Source of the DNA: Raillietiella orientalis
Lineage: Eukaryota
Reading direction: 5' to 3'
NCBI GenBank assembly: GCA_036172245.1
Contig: JAYWIR010000052.1
Coordinates: forward strand, 620,001 to 684,000
DNA length: 64,000 nucleotides
Notes under the pieces: generated by a model
What the model saw: only the letters and a program-made list of their open reading frames with translations
Databases searched by the model: none
What the model was told of the DNA's origin: nothing
Made by a program: the position numbers and the translations under genes
Shown here: one piece after another, positions 40,501-53,044 of the stretch
Layout of the letters: each line of letters begins with the position of its first letter
Position numbering within the stretch: position 1 is the first letter of the stretch

Positions 40501-42059
40501 TCCGATGCGGGAGACGCGCATCCATGGAAACGCCCTGCGATGCGGAACCTGGTCGGGCAAAGGCCGACAAGGACCCGCAAGGGTGAGGCAGGTCAGAACG
40601 TTTCCCGAAGACTCCAGCAGTTCGTTCCTCTCGCGTCCAGGCAACGTGGGCAGCGAATCCACCAAGGGAAATGAAAACTTGTAATGGTTTCGGGCTAATT
40701 TTAGATGCGCCGCCACGGGCCCACGAACTTCGACCTCCTCCACCCACTACGTTGCGCCCCGGGCGTACCCGGGTGGCAACACCCACTACGCCGAGGGAGT
40801 TTCCGCCTTGCTTTTTTCGAGGCCTACCTTCCTTCCCGTCCGTATGCGACCACGACCCGCGGGGAGCGTCCGACCCCCTTTCGCCATGCCAACTCCCCCC
40901 TGAGCCTTGCGTGGTAACCCGCTGATGCTGGGACGCTTATCTGAAAACAAACAAACGGACCTACAAGTCACTGGGAACAGAGTTCCCGGAAAGCAGCCGC
41001 AACAACGGCAATTTCTCGGGGGACGGATGACCACCGGCAAGCAGGCCGGCTTACCAGGAAGTCCGGAGGAGGGAGGAGGGGGCGGTGAATAGCTAACTAA
41101 CCCTTTGAGTGCTGTGGTCTCATAGTTGCCCTTGGCAGATGGTTTCACCTTGTACACGCGGCAAAAGTGAACGCGATCCGTGTTTGAGATGGACGCATAC
41201 ACTTGAGTTCTTATCATTCCCTTGGCAACGAAAGTAAACAAAATTCTATTTATCGGCTAACGGTTCTCGGTTCTTCTCGGTTGTCGTATAGAATTCATTT
41301 TATTGATTTTTATCTGTGTGATATCTTTAAGATGTGAATGAATTATTGATTTTATCAGAATTGTAATTTCGGAAAGATGAAAATATTCTATTTGATGTGG
41401 TGCGAATAAACAATTACAATAGTAACTTCGATCAGTACTTTATGCTCGGCCAGTTGGCACCTCGGCCGAGCACGCGTCACGCGTACCAACTGCGACTCGC
41501 GTGCCGTCAACACGGATCGTTCCGATCGGATGAGCTCCGCACCGAAAAAAAGAGAGGAGGAGGGTGGGAAAGGGTCAGGAGTGTTCAGTGAGAGCCACCG
41601 CTTAAGGGTGAGAGCTGGAGCTGGCGCCGAGTCGACTTTTTCATCGAGGCGGCTGCCATGCGCGTGGTGACCTCTCTCCGCTGCCCTCGCAACTCCTGCA
41701 CAATGGCGATCGAGGCTCCTGCCGCAGGTCCTCCTTTGCGGGGAGAAAACGCCGTTACAGGTCCTTTGCGGTGTCCTCAGGAGTGCCGAGTGCCGGAGGC
41801 AGCCTCCTCCGGGGTTCCTCCTCCGGAGACCATCTCGCGTCTCGCGAGGCGGGGCTCGACGCTCCTGCTTTCCTCCTTCGGGTCGCCACTTTCCTTCCCC
41901 TGTCAAGGCGCTCCCCCCTCTCCCACTCGCCCAGCCGCCGGTGAGAAACCGTGTCGCGTCCGAGCGAGAGGAGGCTTTTCCGGAACCTTCCGGCTGCGGG
42001 GCTCAGCCGCTTGCCACGCTAAACGGGGGAGAAAAAAAAAAAAAAGATCGAAATTCTGC

Positions 42060-42480
42060 GTTTGCCGCAGCGCCATCTTGTTCGAACGTTTAGCCCGGAC
42101 TGTCGCAAGTGCGGGGAGAGGGAATCCCCCCTCCCGCACCTGCTCGTGGCCCTCCGGGCCCTGTGAGGACGTTTCGGGACGACCCTACGGACCCCGGTTG
42201 GAAGCCCCAGGGACGTTTCCAAGCTCCTCTTCATGCGGAACAGGCCCTGCCGCAGCCCAGCAACCTTTGCTGCGTTCGTGGTAGGGCGTGGTGGCCTGGA
42301 GCAACGCGGAAGGAGGAGGAAGAAATGCACTTCCGCTTCCTGCGGATGGCGGTCAGACGGCCCCGTCCGGATGCCGTGCAGACGGACCTAGCCGGCATCC
42401 CGGATAGGGTGCAGAGGGCTTTCCCCAGCAGGCAGCGATCCCTCCCCGGCCCTCCAGAGGGAGTGTTTTTTTTTTTTTCT
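42060..42480 (+). mobile_element. LINE 3' end fragment
   Basis: GAATCCCCCTCCCGCACCTGCTCGTG and GCCGGCATCCCGGATAGGGTGCAGAGG match the reverse complement of about 48800-49140. The fragment ends in a T-rich tail. Confidence 0.65.
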
Positions 42481-42499
42481 TTTTTCATTCACGGTCGTA

Positions 42500-42808
42500 C
42501 CTCGGTACTCGACCGTCTCGGAACTCGTCCAACTCGCTACTCGTCGCATTCTGACGTGGAAAAAATGTTTCGACGCTCGGCGGCGCATGCTCGGAACTCG
42601 GCACTCCACTCACATGGTGGAACGTTTTCGTCCCGTGGTAGCTCGCGAACAGTGCCGAACGAGCACTTCCATAGAGCGCCTCCCGAACTGTTCCCTCTTT
42701 GTGTGCTTTCTGTGCGTGTTAAGTGTTGATGCTCAAATCAGGTTCGGTACGCGTCGGTTTTCGGCACTCGTCACGAGTTCCGGAACGAATTACCGCCGAG
42801 TACCGAGG
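42500..42808. mobile_element. Candidate MITE (309 bp, non-coding, terminal inverted repeats, TA flanks)
   Basis: TA|CCTCGGTACTCG (42500-42511) pairs with CGAGTACCGAGG|TA (42797-42808). A second inner inverted pair, CGGAACTCGT / ACGAGTTCCG, is also present. Confidence 0.5.
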
Positions 42809-43029
42809 TAGCTCTGTATTCAGTTTTTATTTTCTTTTTGTTTTTCCCACTCTCCCCCGCAGCTCAGGTGAGCCTCGCCGGCCTGCGCGCCACTGGCGAC
42901 CCGACAGGTGTCTGGTCAAGTAGAGCGTGGTGCGTCCCACCACGGATCGTGGCTTCCTTGTTTGTTTCAACGAACGCACCCGGCTTGACGGGTGAAAATA
43001 CCGACGTGTCGTTGAGACGACCCTCGCAA

Positions 43030-43900
43030 GGACTGACTGACACCCTGAGCGCCGACGACGGGGATCGACCCAGACCTCACCCCTTACCACTCCGCGTTCT
43101 GGGGGAAGCGTGCCAGAGAAGGGACCTCGACCTCGAGAAGGCGGTCGGGACGCCGGAAAGGGAAAATCCGGCGATGGGCACTTCCCACATCCGTTAAGAG
43201 GGATGGAGACTTCTCGGGGCAGGAGTAGTGGGTCTCGCAGCCCTATTGCACTGCGCTGCTCCAGATGGGAGAAGGGGGGGGGGACCGGGAGAGAATCTTA
43301 TACCTCAACCTGGGCTCCCGGCCGCGAGAACTGGCGAAACTCGCGAACGAAAGGGGGCGTGGAGGCGGTCTCCCCGAGCTGGGCAGGGACGCGGCGGCGG
43401 TTCTTCGCTCGAGGGTCCATGGAAGCACCTCCGTCACCCTCCATCAGCAGCGCTGCCCACCGGTCTCATGTGCGTCCCTTCCGCCAGATGCTACCGCGAG
43501 CACAGGAAGGATGCAGGACGGCTTTCCGCCCAATTCGGTCGGAGCAGGGAGTAGCTCCCTCCCTGGGGGCGGCGGCAGGCGATCTCCATCCGGAGCTCCG
43601 ATACGGATGGCGAAGGTCGGGGTGAATTTCCTGGAGCGGGACGGCACCTTGGATAGGGGACGGTTCCCCCCGCACATGAGTTTGCGCCGCCCCAGGCAGG
43701 CACTTGTGAAAAGGGGGGTCGATGCCAGGCACCCCTCTCCGGGTGCAGCAGTGCTCCGGGGAGCAACCTGATGCAGGCCCATTTCACCGACACAGGAAAA
43801 TCTCGGTTGGTCGCGACACTCTGCTCAGGAACTCTCCCGAGAAGATGGGCTTCCCGGACGAGTCCCTCGGCCAACTACACCCGAAGGGGCTACCATCAAC
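43030..43900 (+). mobile_element. Decayed LINE ORF2 fragments (post-RT region joined to an RT piece)
   Basis: ERILYLNL...LAKLANERGRGGGLPEL resembles the L1/Tx1 post-RT GGLGLPDL motif. FTDTGKS...EKMGFP is an RT remnant. The region is homologous to 54280-54530. Confidence 0.6.
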
Positions 43901-44149
43901 GTCGAGATCGACGGCTTGGCATCAGTGGATACCCGAATGGTGGGAGGCGTCAGTCCGCATGGGGACGCGAGGTCGACCTGCCTTCGGAAGGTAAAGATGA
44001 CTCTCGGTCCGCCACTCGATGGCGGGTTTGTCTGGCAGGAGGGGACCTCCATCTGGAAATCCCCTGCTGCTCCCTACTACTCTTCCCTTTTCCCTTCGTT
44101 TGCGTGTCTTCTTGGTCGGTGAAGAGCTTCCTTCTGGGAGAAGTCCTGT

Positions 44150-45000
44150 AGGGTGGTGTAGGGCTCCAGATCCTCCCGAAAGACGCGATGGCACCGCGCC
44201 AGGATGCCGGCTCGGACAGCCTGACACCATCGGCAAGATCGACCTTTGATGACCCTTTGCGGCAAATTTCGGATGTGTCACCCCGGTGTTCTCCAGCACG
44301 CCACATCCTCCGGCGATGCACGAAAAGTGCAGGATTTCGTTCGCTGCTGCGGCGCGGCCGGCATAGGAGGGCTGGATTCGGTTACCCCTGCGGCAGCTGT
44401 CCTCAATCGTGGTGGCCTGTCCTTTGATCTCCTGCCGTCCCCAAGACCGAAGGCGCCCAGAGGAACTGCGTCCTCTGCATAAACTCCCCAGCTGGGAGAT
44501 CTGCAGGACTGGACGCAGTGTCCTGGATAGCCGCCACATCCCTTGCCGCCGCACTGTCTGCCCTCTGGGCAAGAAACGACAGCAGCCGACCGATGTGGTG
44601 GGAGTTGCCCTGCACCATCGCAGGAGTCGAGGAACTCCCAGACGGCTGCAAGACAAGAGGTGCGCTGGTGGACGGCGCGCACTCCTCGTCTTCGGGCAAA
44701 GAATGGGCTCCTTCGGTGGAGCGACCTGCCCTGTGTGCCCCCCTCGAAGAACTTTGGTCCCTTCCCTGTGTATGAGGACACCTCCGTGTTCCCGCTCCGT
44801 TGGAAACGTTCAGGATGTCCTGCTGCTCCTGCACTGGGGATCGCCGTGGCAACCAGGTTTCCGGGGGAGCTGCCACCTCGAACCGCCCCAGGTGCGGGAC
44901 GATGGAGTCGCTCCCTGCGCCTCCTGCTGGACTGCAGCGCCCTCCGCGCACACACGGCGGTGCGACTCGCTTCGGCGCTCCGCCACCCAGCGGCCAGTGC
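44150..45000 (-). mobile_element. Decayed LINE endonuclease/linker fragment, tentative
   Basis: Weak colinearity with 51930-52700 (CTGGTTGCCACGGCGATCC versus CTCGTTGCCGGTGACCC; GVLENT occurs in both). Confidence 0.4.
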
Positions 45001-45559
45001 GAAGGACTTGCCGCGGCGCTTCTTCTTCATGCAAGGCGGGATGATGTCAGGCCACGTCGTGGCAACGGGATCTTGTGCCATCGCTACAGTCCGGTCCGTG
45101 ATGGGGTCTCGTCCGCAGGGAAGAGGAGGTCACCAGCATGGAAGCTGCCGCCTTCCTGAGGACAGCTGCAAGATGGCCTCACCTAGAAGAGGAAGTCAAG
45201 GGGGAGATCGCCAGCACCCACAGCTGCTTTCAGGAAGAAAGGAACGTGCTATACCAAAGACTCCTTTTTTTTTTGGCATCATTCACCCTCCCCTCCCTCC
45301 GTTCTGGACTTCAAAGCAAGCCAGCCTGAGTGCCGATCATTTTCTTATGAATGATATAAGGCTTACCTTATATCTGCTCGGAGTATAATAAACAGCTGCG
45401 GATTTTGACTGTGCTAAGGTAGCATAGTAATCCCCATTAAACTTTTTTTTTTTTTTTTAGGGAGAAATGGCATATTTTTGTATTTAAGGGACGCTGTTTT
45501 CCAGATTTGTGGTTTATTTTTTCGAATAAACGTGCCGGAGTGACCGGATACAAACCAAG

Positions 45560-46260
45560 GGTACGCCCCGAATCCTGTAATCTTCGTTCTCTACATGGAT
45601 GCGGTGTTGCCTTGTTTGGCAAGGGTGGGCCGGGCCGAGCAGGCACACCATCACCGAATCACCCACCTGGCTCACGTCGAAGACCTTTTTGTCATGGCTG
45701 ACGAGCAGGATCAGAAGGCATTCCCGGAAATAGCACACGCCATGGAGACAGGATTAATGCTACAAGATCGACGCTCGGAAATTCCAGCCGATCACCTTCG
45801 ACTTCGGACTTCACCATCCCACACTTCCAGCTGCTGGGAAATTCCCTGCAAAGACCCCGGATGGGTCCCGGCGCTCCCGAACAACCGCATCCTCCCTCTC
45901 GAGTGGGAGGATTAGGCGCGCTTGCTGCTTGGCACTGGGGCCTCCCGTGCAACGGCTGCCGAAGTCACTGGACTCGAAGGTGGACTGAAACTGCCGCAGG
46001 TGTGGAAAACGTGGATCCCTCCAGCACCTGGCTCGTGGACTGCATTGCCCTGCGACCGCTGAGTAAACGTCTCGCGGCGACGACCCTCGGGAGTCCCAGA
46101 GGACGCCAGGATACCCCTCTTCACGCGTGATGCATCGCCGGCGGCGGCATCCTCAGCAGCTCCTTGCTGCCTACGCGGGATCGTGGTAGCCTGGAGCAAT
46201 GGGAGGTGGACGCTTCAGAGACGCCATCCACTTCGCCCTACTCTTTTTGAGGATTGGGAT
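45560..46260 (+). mobile_element. Internally deleted LINE: RT core joined to the zinc-finger tail
   Basis: IFVLYMDAV and ITHLAHVEDL...DQKAFPEIAHAME are paralogous to 37740-37935. These are followed by HWGLPCN...HWTR...DCIALRPL. Confidence 0.75.
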
Positions 46261-46859
46261 GGTAGACTGGGCCTCCTTATGCTGGAGTATATGGAATGTC
46301 AGCTCCAGATCAGAAGACTTGCCTTCTCAGGGAGGTCATGAACCACGCTCCAGTGAGCGTCAGCACGCCTCCTGGCCGAATAAGAGAGACCGGTCGTGAG
46401 GGACTGCCTTCGGCCCTCGTGGCCAATCATGCGAGTCTGAGGCATCGTGGCCACCAGCCACTTCGGATGGCTGTCTTGGTGGAGGAGAACACCTGGTTCT
46501 CCTGCTTCCCCGCGAACTGCACTGCCTGGCTCCAGGAGTCAGTTTCCGCACGGGTGAATATCCACGGCGCGAGCGAGGCGGAGTGTTCCCTCTTGAGGCG
46601 AGGCAGGCACACTCAACAGCCTCTGCGGGAGATCGCGTGCAGCCTACGCAAGCTGCTGCGGGCCTCGTTCGTCCCTCTTGCCCCAGTGCTGCCCTTCTTG
46701 AGGGGAGCAAGGGACAGCGGCCTTCCCTCAAGCTGGGAAGCGTCCTGACAAATCGCAGGCGGGAAAAAACTTTTGAGCTCGTGGAACACTCGGCAACTCA
46801 CGGATGCTGCGACCCTGAGTGTTCCACCGAAAGGATTGTCACGTTGGGGCGAGCTGCTC

Positions 46860-47300
46860 GCTATAACCCTCTGGAGTAGGTGGGGTTGTCCCAACGTGCT
46901 GTAACAGTTGAACAGTGGCGTCCTCCCTCTCGAGTGGCAAGAGTTGGTATTAGCGGTGTTGCGTGAGGGAATCCCCATGCAAAGCCTGCTTCCACCACTG
47001 GACAGTAAGGGAATGTGGATGCCAATTGAGATAGGTGCGACGAGGACACCCTCCCGAACCCCCTTTAGCTGGATTGTGCCGCCCTCCGACCTCTTCATGA
47101 TCGCCTAGCAACGACCCTAGGAATCCCGGTAGGCGGCTTTGAGAACATTTTCAGACGCCTCCTCTTGCGTGCCACCCTGCCGCCAGCTGCGTCCCTCACC
47201 GTCCACTGCTGCATATCCGCGGGATCGCGACAGCCTGGAACACAGAGAGAGGAGGTCAGAATGGCAGGGACGCCATCCACTGGGCGCGGATCTTCCTGAG
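46860..47300 (+). mobile_element. LINE 3' ORF2 fragment
   Basis: GVLPLEW is shared with about 45890. CTGCTGCATATCCGCGGGAT...GACGCCATCCACTGGG is shared with 51009-51085. Confidence 0.55.
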
Positions 47301-48599
47301 GACAAAGCTGCGAAAGGGAGAGCAGGTTCCTTGCAGAGACGCGCGCTGATGGGCCTCCTCAAGAAGGAGAGGCGGGCGTGCGAGGCTGCGGGAGGGTGGC
47401 GGCCAGCCTGGACCGCGGGCCACACCATGCAGAAGATCCAGCAAGATCGAATGATAAGGGACATCACGACGAAGAGACCAAGGACGAAATAGCTGCCCTT
47501 ATCCTCTCTCCTTCTCCTCCACCTCCCACGCCTCCACTCCCAATTCCGATCTGTTACCCCCTCTCTCCTCCTCGCCGAAGCTGAAAGGCCATCTTGGCCC
47601 TGTGGGGGAGATGCGGAAAGACGGAATGGTCACAACGGGAGACACATGTTAATGGTCACGAAATGAGTCTGCAGGGGGAGGGGAACGTTAGAAGGAAAAT
47701 CGACCCATCCCACCGCTAGACGAAATGGGGGAGTCGCGAATGGGGCACTCACTGCGAAGAGGGCTGGTCGAGCAGAGAACCGACCTAGATGGGGCGCGCG
47801 CATAGAGCAGAACGGAAGGAGGAAGAGCCCGCCACTCCGTCGTTCCTGGAGAGGACGAGTTTCCACGCCAGAAGGGGCGCTGCATGACTAGGCGAGCAAG
47901 CCCTTCGGCCACGAGGCCGGCGCCTTTCCCAAGGCGAGGCAACACGACCTCTGCGGCAGCGCAAACGCAGCGTCGTCACTCCAGCAGGTAGTTCGGGAAC
48001 ACGAAAAGCGGGATTGCAGGAGGTGCGCCGAAGGACTGGCCTGAACGGGGAATTCTTTCGACCCCTCACAGGAGCACGCAGAGACCGTCAGCGTGGAGGA
48101 AACCGCAGCCGTGGACGTGGGAATTTCCGGGAAAGGGAGAGAGGGAGGGGGGTTGAGGGTGAGGGTATAGAAAGGAAGAGGAGGAAGATGGGAGGCTGAC
48201 AGACCTCATGAGCGTCGGAGAGAAGCGGAGCGTGACCGGCGAGGAAACGAAGCGAGTGGAAGGTCACGGGAGCGACAAGTCGCCAAACTCGAGGAGGACG
48301 CGCGACCACGCGCTGGCCAATGAAGAGGAAGGGGGCACCTCGGGGTGGATCCGCGACATGCCCGACGCAGTCCTCGGAATGTCTCCAAGAGATGAACGCC
48401 GATCGTCGCTGGGGAATCCGTTCGTTTCCGGAAAGGCGAAGCTGACCCAAATGCACGGACGTGCCTTCGGGCACGAAGACGGAGTAGACCCGACCAGGAG
48501 GGTCAGAACGAGGATCACCCGATCGCTGAAAGAACAGACAGCGATGTAGACGGCCACTCGCTTGCACCGAGGCGTTCACTTCATGAAAAAAATAAACTT

Positions 48600-49520
48600 A
48601 CACAACCTCTGTGCTTAAACCCGTGGTCCAACCACGTGCGTTCCAACGGGAGCCTGCCGGGTTACCGGATCGCAGACCGGTGAGGTCCACTGAGACAGCA
48701 GAAGCAAGGAGGCAAATAAAAAGAAAAAAAGGAAACAAAAATAAAGATAAATAAACGAACTTGGGGGGTGGGTGGAATGAGGGAAGGGGTCACTGCTGGG
48801 GGTGGTCCTCTGCATCCTTTCGAGGATGCCGGCAAGCTCTTGCTGCATGCTATCCCTTCAGGTGGGGCCATATCGTTGCCATCCTCAGGAAGCGGATGGC
48901 AAAGTCGATGTGCCACCCCTATCTCTGTGTCCTCTTCCAGAGTCGCTCCAAGGAGAAACGATCCCGCGTAGGCAGCAGAGAGCTGCAAGGGAGGCCGCCG
49001 GCCGAAGGGCGTCGCGAACGAGTAGGGGTCACAATACGTCCCTGGAGTTGCCGTTAGAGGTCCCCAGGGTCGCAGCAAAGCCTTCCCGGAGGGGACGGAG
49101 GGCAATACAATTCACAAGCAGGTGGGGGAGGGATTCGCGCTCTCCGCACCTGCCACAGTTTGGGTCCACACACCCCCGTGTCCAATGATACCTGCGGGAG
49201 TTGCAAGGGAAGTCCCAGTGCAGCAGCATCAACGCCGACTCCTATCACTTCATGGGGAGGGCATGCCTGTCTAAAAGCGCTGGGACCACTGCAGGTCTTC
49301 CTTCGGAATATCCAGTAGCTCGCCCCAGAGCAGAAGTCCATCAAGTGGGGCACTCGGGGCCGCAGCGTCTGTAAGCAGGCTCATCGTCCACTCGCCCAGT
49401 TCTCTTCTCCTGCCCGAGATTTCCACAGTAACCTCCCATCTAGCTGGAAGGCTGTTGCCAGAGATATGGAGGAAGCGATATGGCTTGACACCCGGTTGCT
49501 CCAGGGCGTTTCTTTATATA
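48600..49520 (-). mobile_element. LINE 3' end with the best-preserved C-terminal CCHC zinc finger and 3' UTR
   Basis: HWDFPCNSRRYHWTRGCVDPNCGRCGERESLPHLLVNCIALRPL contains C-x2-C-x7-H-x4-C. It is followed by LAGILERMQR and a T-rich UTR. Confidence 0.8.
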
Positions 49521-49989
49521 AAAAAAATAAACATACAAGTCGGTGGCAAAACGCTTGGTCCTGCCAGTTTACAAATGTAACCATGGGAACCTGTCGAGGG
49601 CCGGCACGCAGGCCGGCGAAGTTCCCCTCGGCAGGGAGGGGACGGGGAAGAGGACAAACAAACACAAGAATAAAACAAAAAAAAATATGTACAAAAAAAT
49701 TGGGGAGGTCGGGGAAGGGATCACTGCGTGCTGGAGGGCGTCCTCGGCAACCTTGTCAGGACGCCAACAAGTTCCTGCTTTATCATTCCCAGATGGCGCC
49801 ATCTTGACTCTGCCCTCAAGAAGAGGACAGAAAAATAGATGGCGTCCCTGTAGCAGGACAGCTGCGAGACGTTTCCACGCGCCCCGAGGATCATCGCATC
49901 TCAGCGGCAGGTGCGCAGGAGTTCCCACCTCCCTGCAGCAGACGCAGCTCGGGGAGGCGTCGCTCTCCAGAGATGCCGCCACTGGCCGC

Positions 49990-50630
49990 ACGGGAGCCCC
50001 CCGTGCACGAACAGCAAAGCCCCTTCGTGCTGCGGCCCGAAAGGGACGCCTTCGTCGCTGGACCAGGGAAAGTGTCTACAGTATCAGGGGTTCCCAGGCG
50101 GTCTCCCTGTGAGACTCCGAGCTGGACGCAATGCGGCGGACGGGGAACCTTCGCGCACCCTCTCTTCGAGCGAGTCGCCCACCGGAGTGTGCGGGAGCGG
50201 CCCCCCCAAAAGACGACCCGGAAGAGTTGCTGAGACGCATCTTCACGCGTGCAACGCATTGTCGCCCGGCGGCAGTCGCAGCCCTGGGCTGCCTCGTGGA
50301 GACGTGGAGGCGCGAAGCTGCCCCGAAAGGGGCCTGACCACCAGGGACGCCATCCCCATCGTCTTCTCCTTCCCGAAGGCAGCGATGAGATGGCCGCACG
50401 CCATGCATCTCAGGGAGGAGTCTGCCGGCATCCTGGAAGCGATGCTGAGGAGCCGCCGGGAAGGTCAGGATGATCCCTTCCGTTTCCCCCCGAAACCTTC
50501 AAAGCATTTTTTTCGGTATTTATTTGTGTGTTTACTCCTCCCCTGCCCTTCTCCCTTTGTTTCCCCCGTGCGGACCTCTATCGGCAAGCAGCGATGATGC
50601 AATCCCGCTACGGAGGGATGATCTTACTTT
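49990..50630 (+). mobile_element. LINE 3' end fragment
   Basis: LPCETPSWTQCGGRGTFAHPLFE, RDAIPIVF and AGILEAMLR, plus a 3' UTR motif shared with 34910-34930. Confidence 0.6.
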
Positions 50631-50759
50631 TTTCTCCTGCCTCCGTCGAGGCAGGTACGCTGGCCATTCCCTGCAGGAGATCATATGAAACCCAGGGAAA
50701 CTTCTGTGGGCTTCATTCACCCCCCTTGCCCCCGTGTTGCCCTCCCTCAGGGAAGCCAG

Positions 50760-51320
50760 GGAAAGCCAAGAGGCATCGTGGGAAGTGTCCTGCCTTATCG
50801 GAGGCAGGAAAAAACTAATGAAGGCGTGGACGTCCCGGGAACTAGAGGACGCTACAACCTCGAGTGTGTCTACAACCCCCTACAACCCCCACTTAATCAT
50901 AGAGTGTGTTGCCCTCAGCCAGATGTGGGATCGACTGTCGTCGATCCTAAACATTCCGGTTTTTCGACGCTTCCTGATGCGGGACGCTATGCCAGCCGCC
51001 GCAGTTCTCTGCTGCATACGCGGAATTTTGGATAAGTGGACCGCAACCAGGAGAGGACGGGGTAGTCGGAATGCCATCCACTGGGAAGCCATCTCTTTGG
51101 AGAAGGTTTCGCCGTTGGCGCCGACTATGAAAACTTCTGACGGCACTTTTTCACATCCAAACCCGGATGCAGAGGCCTCCCCACGGCGTACCGTGATCCC
51201 TTCCCTCCCCAAAAACGTTGTTCCCCCAGGCGTTTTTCTTTTTTTGTTTTTTTTTTGTTTTTCCCGTCCCCTTCGCCAGTGGAGAGGACTTACCGGCCTG
51301 CGGGTCGGTAGGGACAGGTG
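50760..51320 (+). mobile_element. LINE 3' end fragment
   Basis: HLIIECVALSQMWDRLSSIL...CCIRGILDKW...RNAIHWE, followed by a T-rich tail. Confidence 0.65.
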
Positions 51321-51639
51321 CCTCAAACCTGTGAAAACTTAACAGAAGTGTTCTTCCTGAATATTTACTGGAAGACAAGACTTTATTATGGAATTTTTTA
51401 TTTGTAAAATTTTTTTAATAATAAAAGCCCGGGTGAAAAACCTTACTTTTTTAGCCTATCAACGGCGCCGTGTCGCCGGTTGAAAAGGCGCTCCAGCAGA
51501 GGCGCAAGATGGGAAAGGCCAACAGCTGAATCACAATGGCCTCATTTATTGTCGATGACGACCAGGAGTGTTGCATCCAGAAGGGAAAGAGACTGAATCG
51601 TGCAAACCATCCTAGGTGTGATCACAGGCAGGATCGCAT

Positions 51640-52850
51640 ATCCGGGAGAGCCAAGAAATGGCTCCGGTACTCCGGATCCCATTGGACGCCCAACCGCTCG
51701 TCATCACCGGAGTGAAGCGAACGAAAGACGGGATGCGATCCTCGTGAAGGATGAGGTGGTGCACGGCATCCTGGAAAAGTCTGCACCACGCTAAGGCGGA
51801 ATTGTCGGAGTCAGGATGTCCCAGAAATGTTCTCCTTTCCTGGCAAACGCGCACGGGCCACGCAAAGGGAAGCGCCGGTGTGCGGGAGCTGCGCAGACTG
51901 TTTCCACGATGGAAGGTCGCACCGAAGAACACCGTCCTCGTTGCCGGTGACCCGAGCATCTCGGGGAACCTCAAGAAGTCCACTGATTCCCCCAAGAAGC
52001 AGGGCATCGAGAATTCGGGCCACTCACAGAGAGCCGGAGAGCTGGTCGACCACGTCCTGTGCAGCGAGGACATCGCAGGGACAGTCGAGCCCAGGCGCAC
52101 GCAGCAGACGGCCTTCCGCACGGCCCAGAAGCTCCCGGCTGAGCCAGCGGAGCCGCTCCCGCTAAGTCTTCGAGCAGCCGGACTCATCTGCAGCAACGCC
52201 ATCTCGAAGCCACTGAGGCGCGTCACGCATCAGGCGGAGACTAGCTGCATCAGCATGAGCGCCGCCCTCTCTTCGGGGTGATTCTTGCCGTCCAGACGAC
52301 GGTAACCGCCTTCGGGGATTCCAAGACACGCAAGCCTTTCTCTTGGACCACTCTCTGGTACGGCTTACCCTAAAGGCTGAGAATCCTTGGAAGGACAGCG
52401 GTGGAAGAGGAGGTGGTGCTCACCAGAATGCCTGCTTGGCCTGAGGTGTGCCCCGGCCGCCAAGGGGTCGTCGGAACGCCGCCATCGGCAGTGTCCACAG
52501 CTGAGATACGCCGAAAACGCACCTCGCACCTGCTATGCAGCGTGCAGTTCGCCGACGGGAAGCCGAGGGCGGTCGCGAACCGGGAGCTGAACGCCCAAGA
52601 TGGCTGCCACTCGGGACGCTGGAACCAGGGAGAGAGGAGGAACGCGGCGGGGAGCGTGCCGGGCAGAATCGGAGTGCTGGAGAACACTTCTGGTCTCTCC
52701 ATTCAGCACGGGGATCAGGCCCGTCGCACGCCGGAGGAAGTGCGGGTGCCTTTGAGCGCCACCTCACTCACCACTCCCGGCGCGGACCAACTCGCCTGCT
52801 CCCGGCTACGACCGGCTGTAAGACGGAGGTGCGATTCTCTTTTCGCATCC
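51640..52850 (+). mobile_element. Decayed LINE endonuclease and linker up to the start of the RT
   Basis: AILVKDEVVH, TVLVAGDPS (GDFN-like), LVDHVLCS (IDxxL-like) and TPGADQL (PGxDG-like) occur in the expected order. Confidence 0.65.
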
Positions 52851-53044
52851 TAGCGTCCCTGCACCGCGAAGACGGGGCAGAGGGAGAAAGGGGGGGGGGG
52901 GGTGAATACAATTGTTCCTACTTGTTCCCTTCCTTTCCCTTCTCCTTCCCCTGCGTCTTCTGCAGGTGCAAGGGAAGACGCTTCCCTCTCCGGGAAGCGC
53001 GACAGCCTGGATGAGGTGGGGCGGGTGCAATGGCGAACCGCTGT

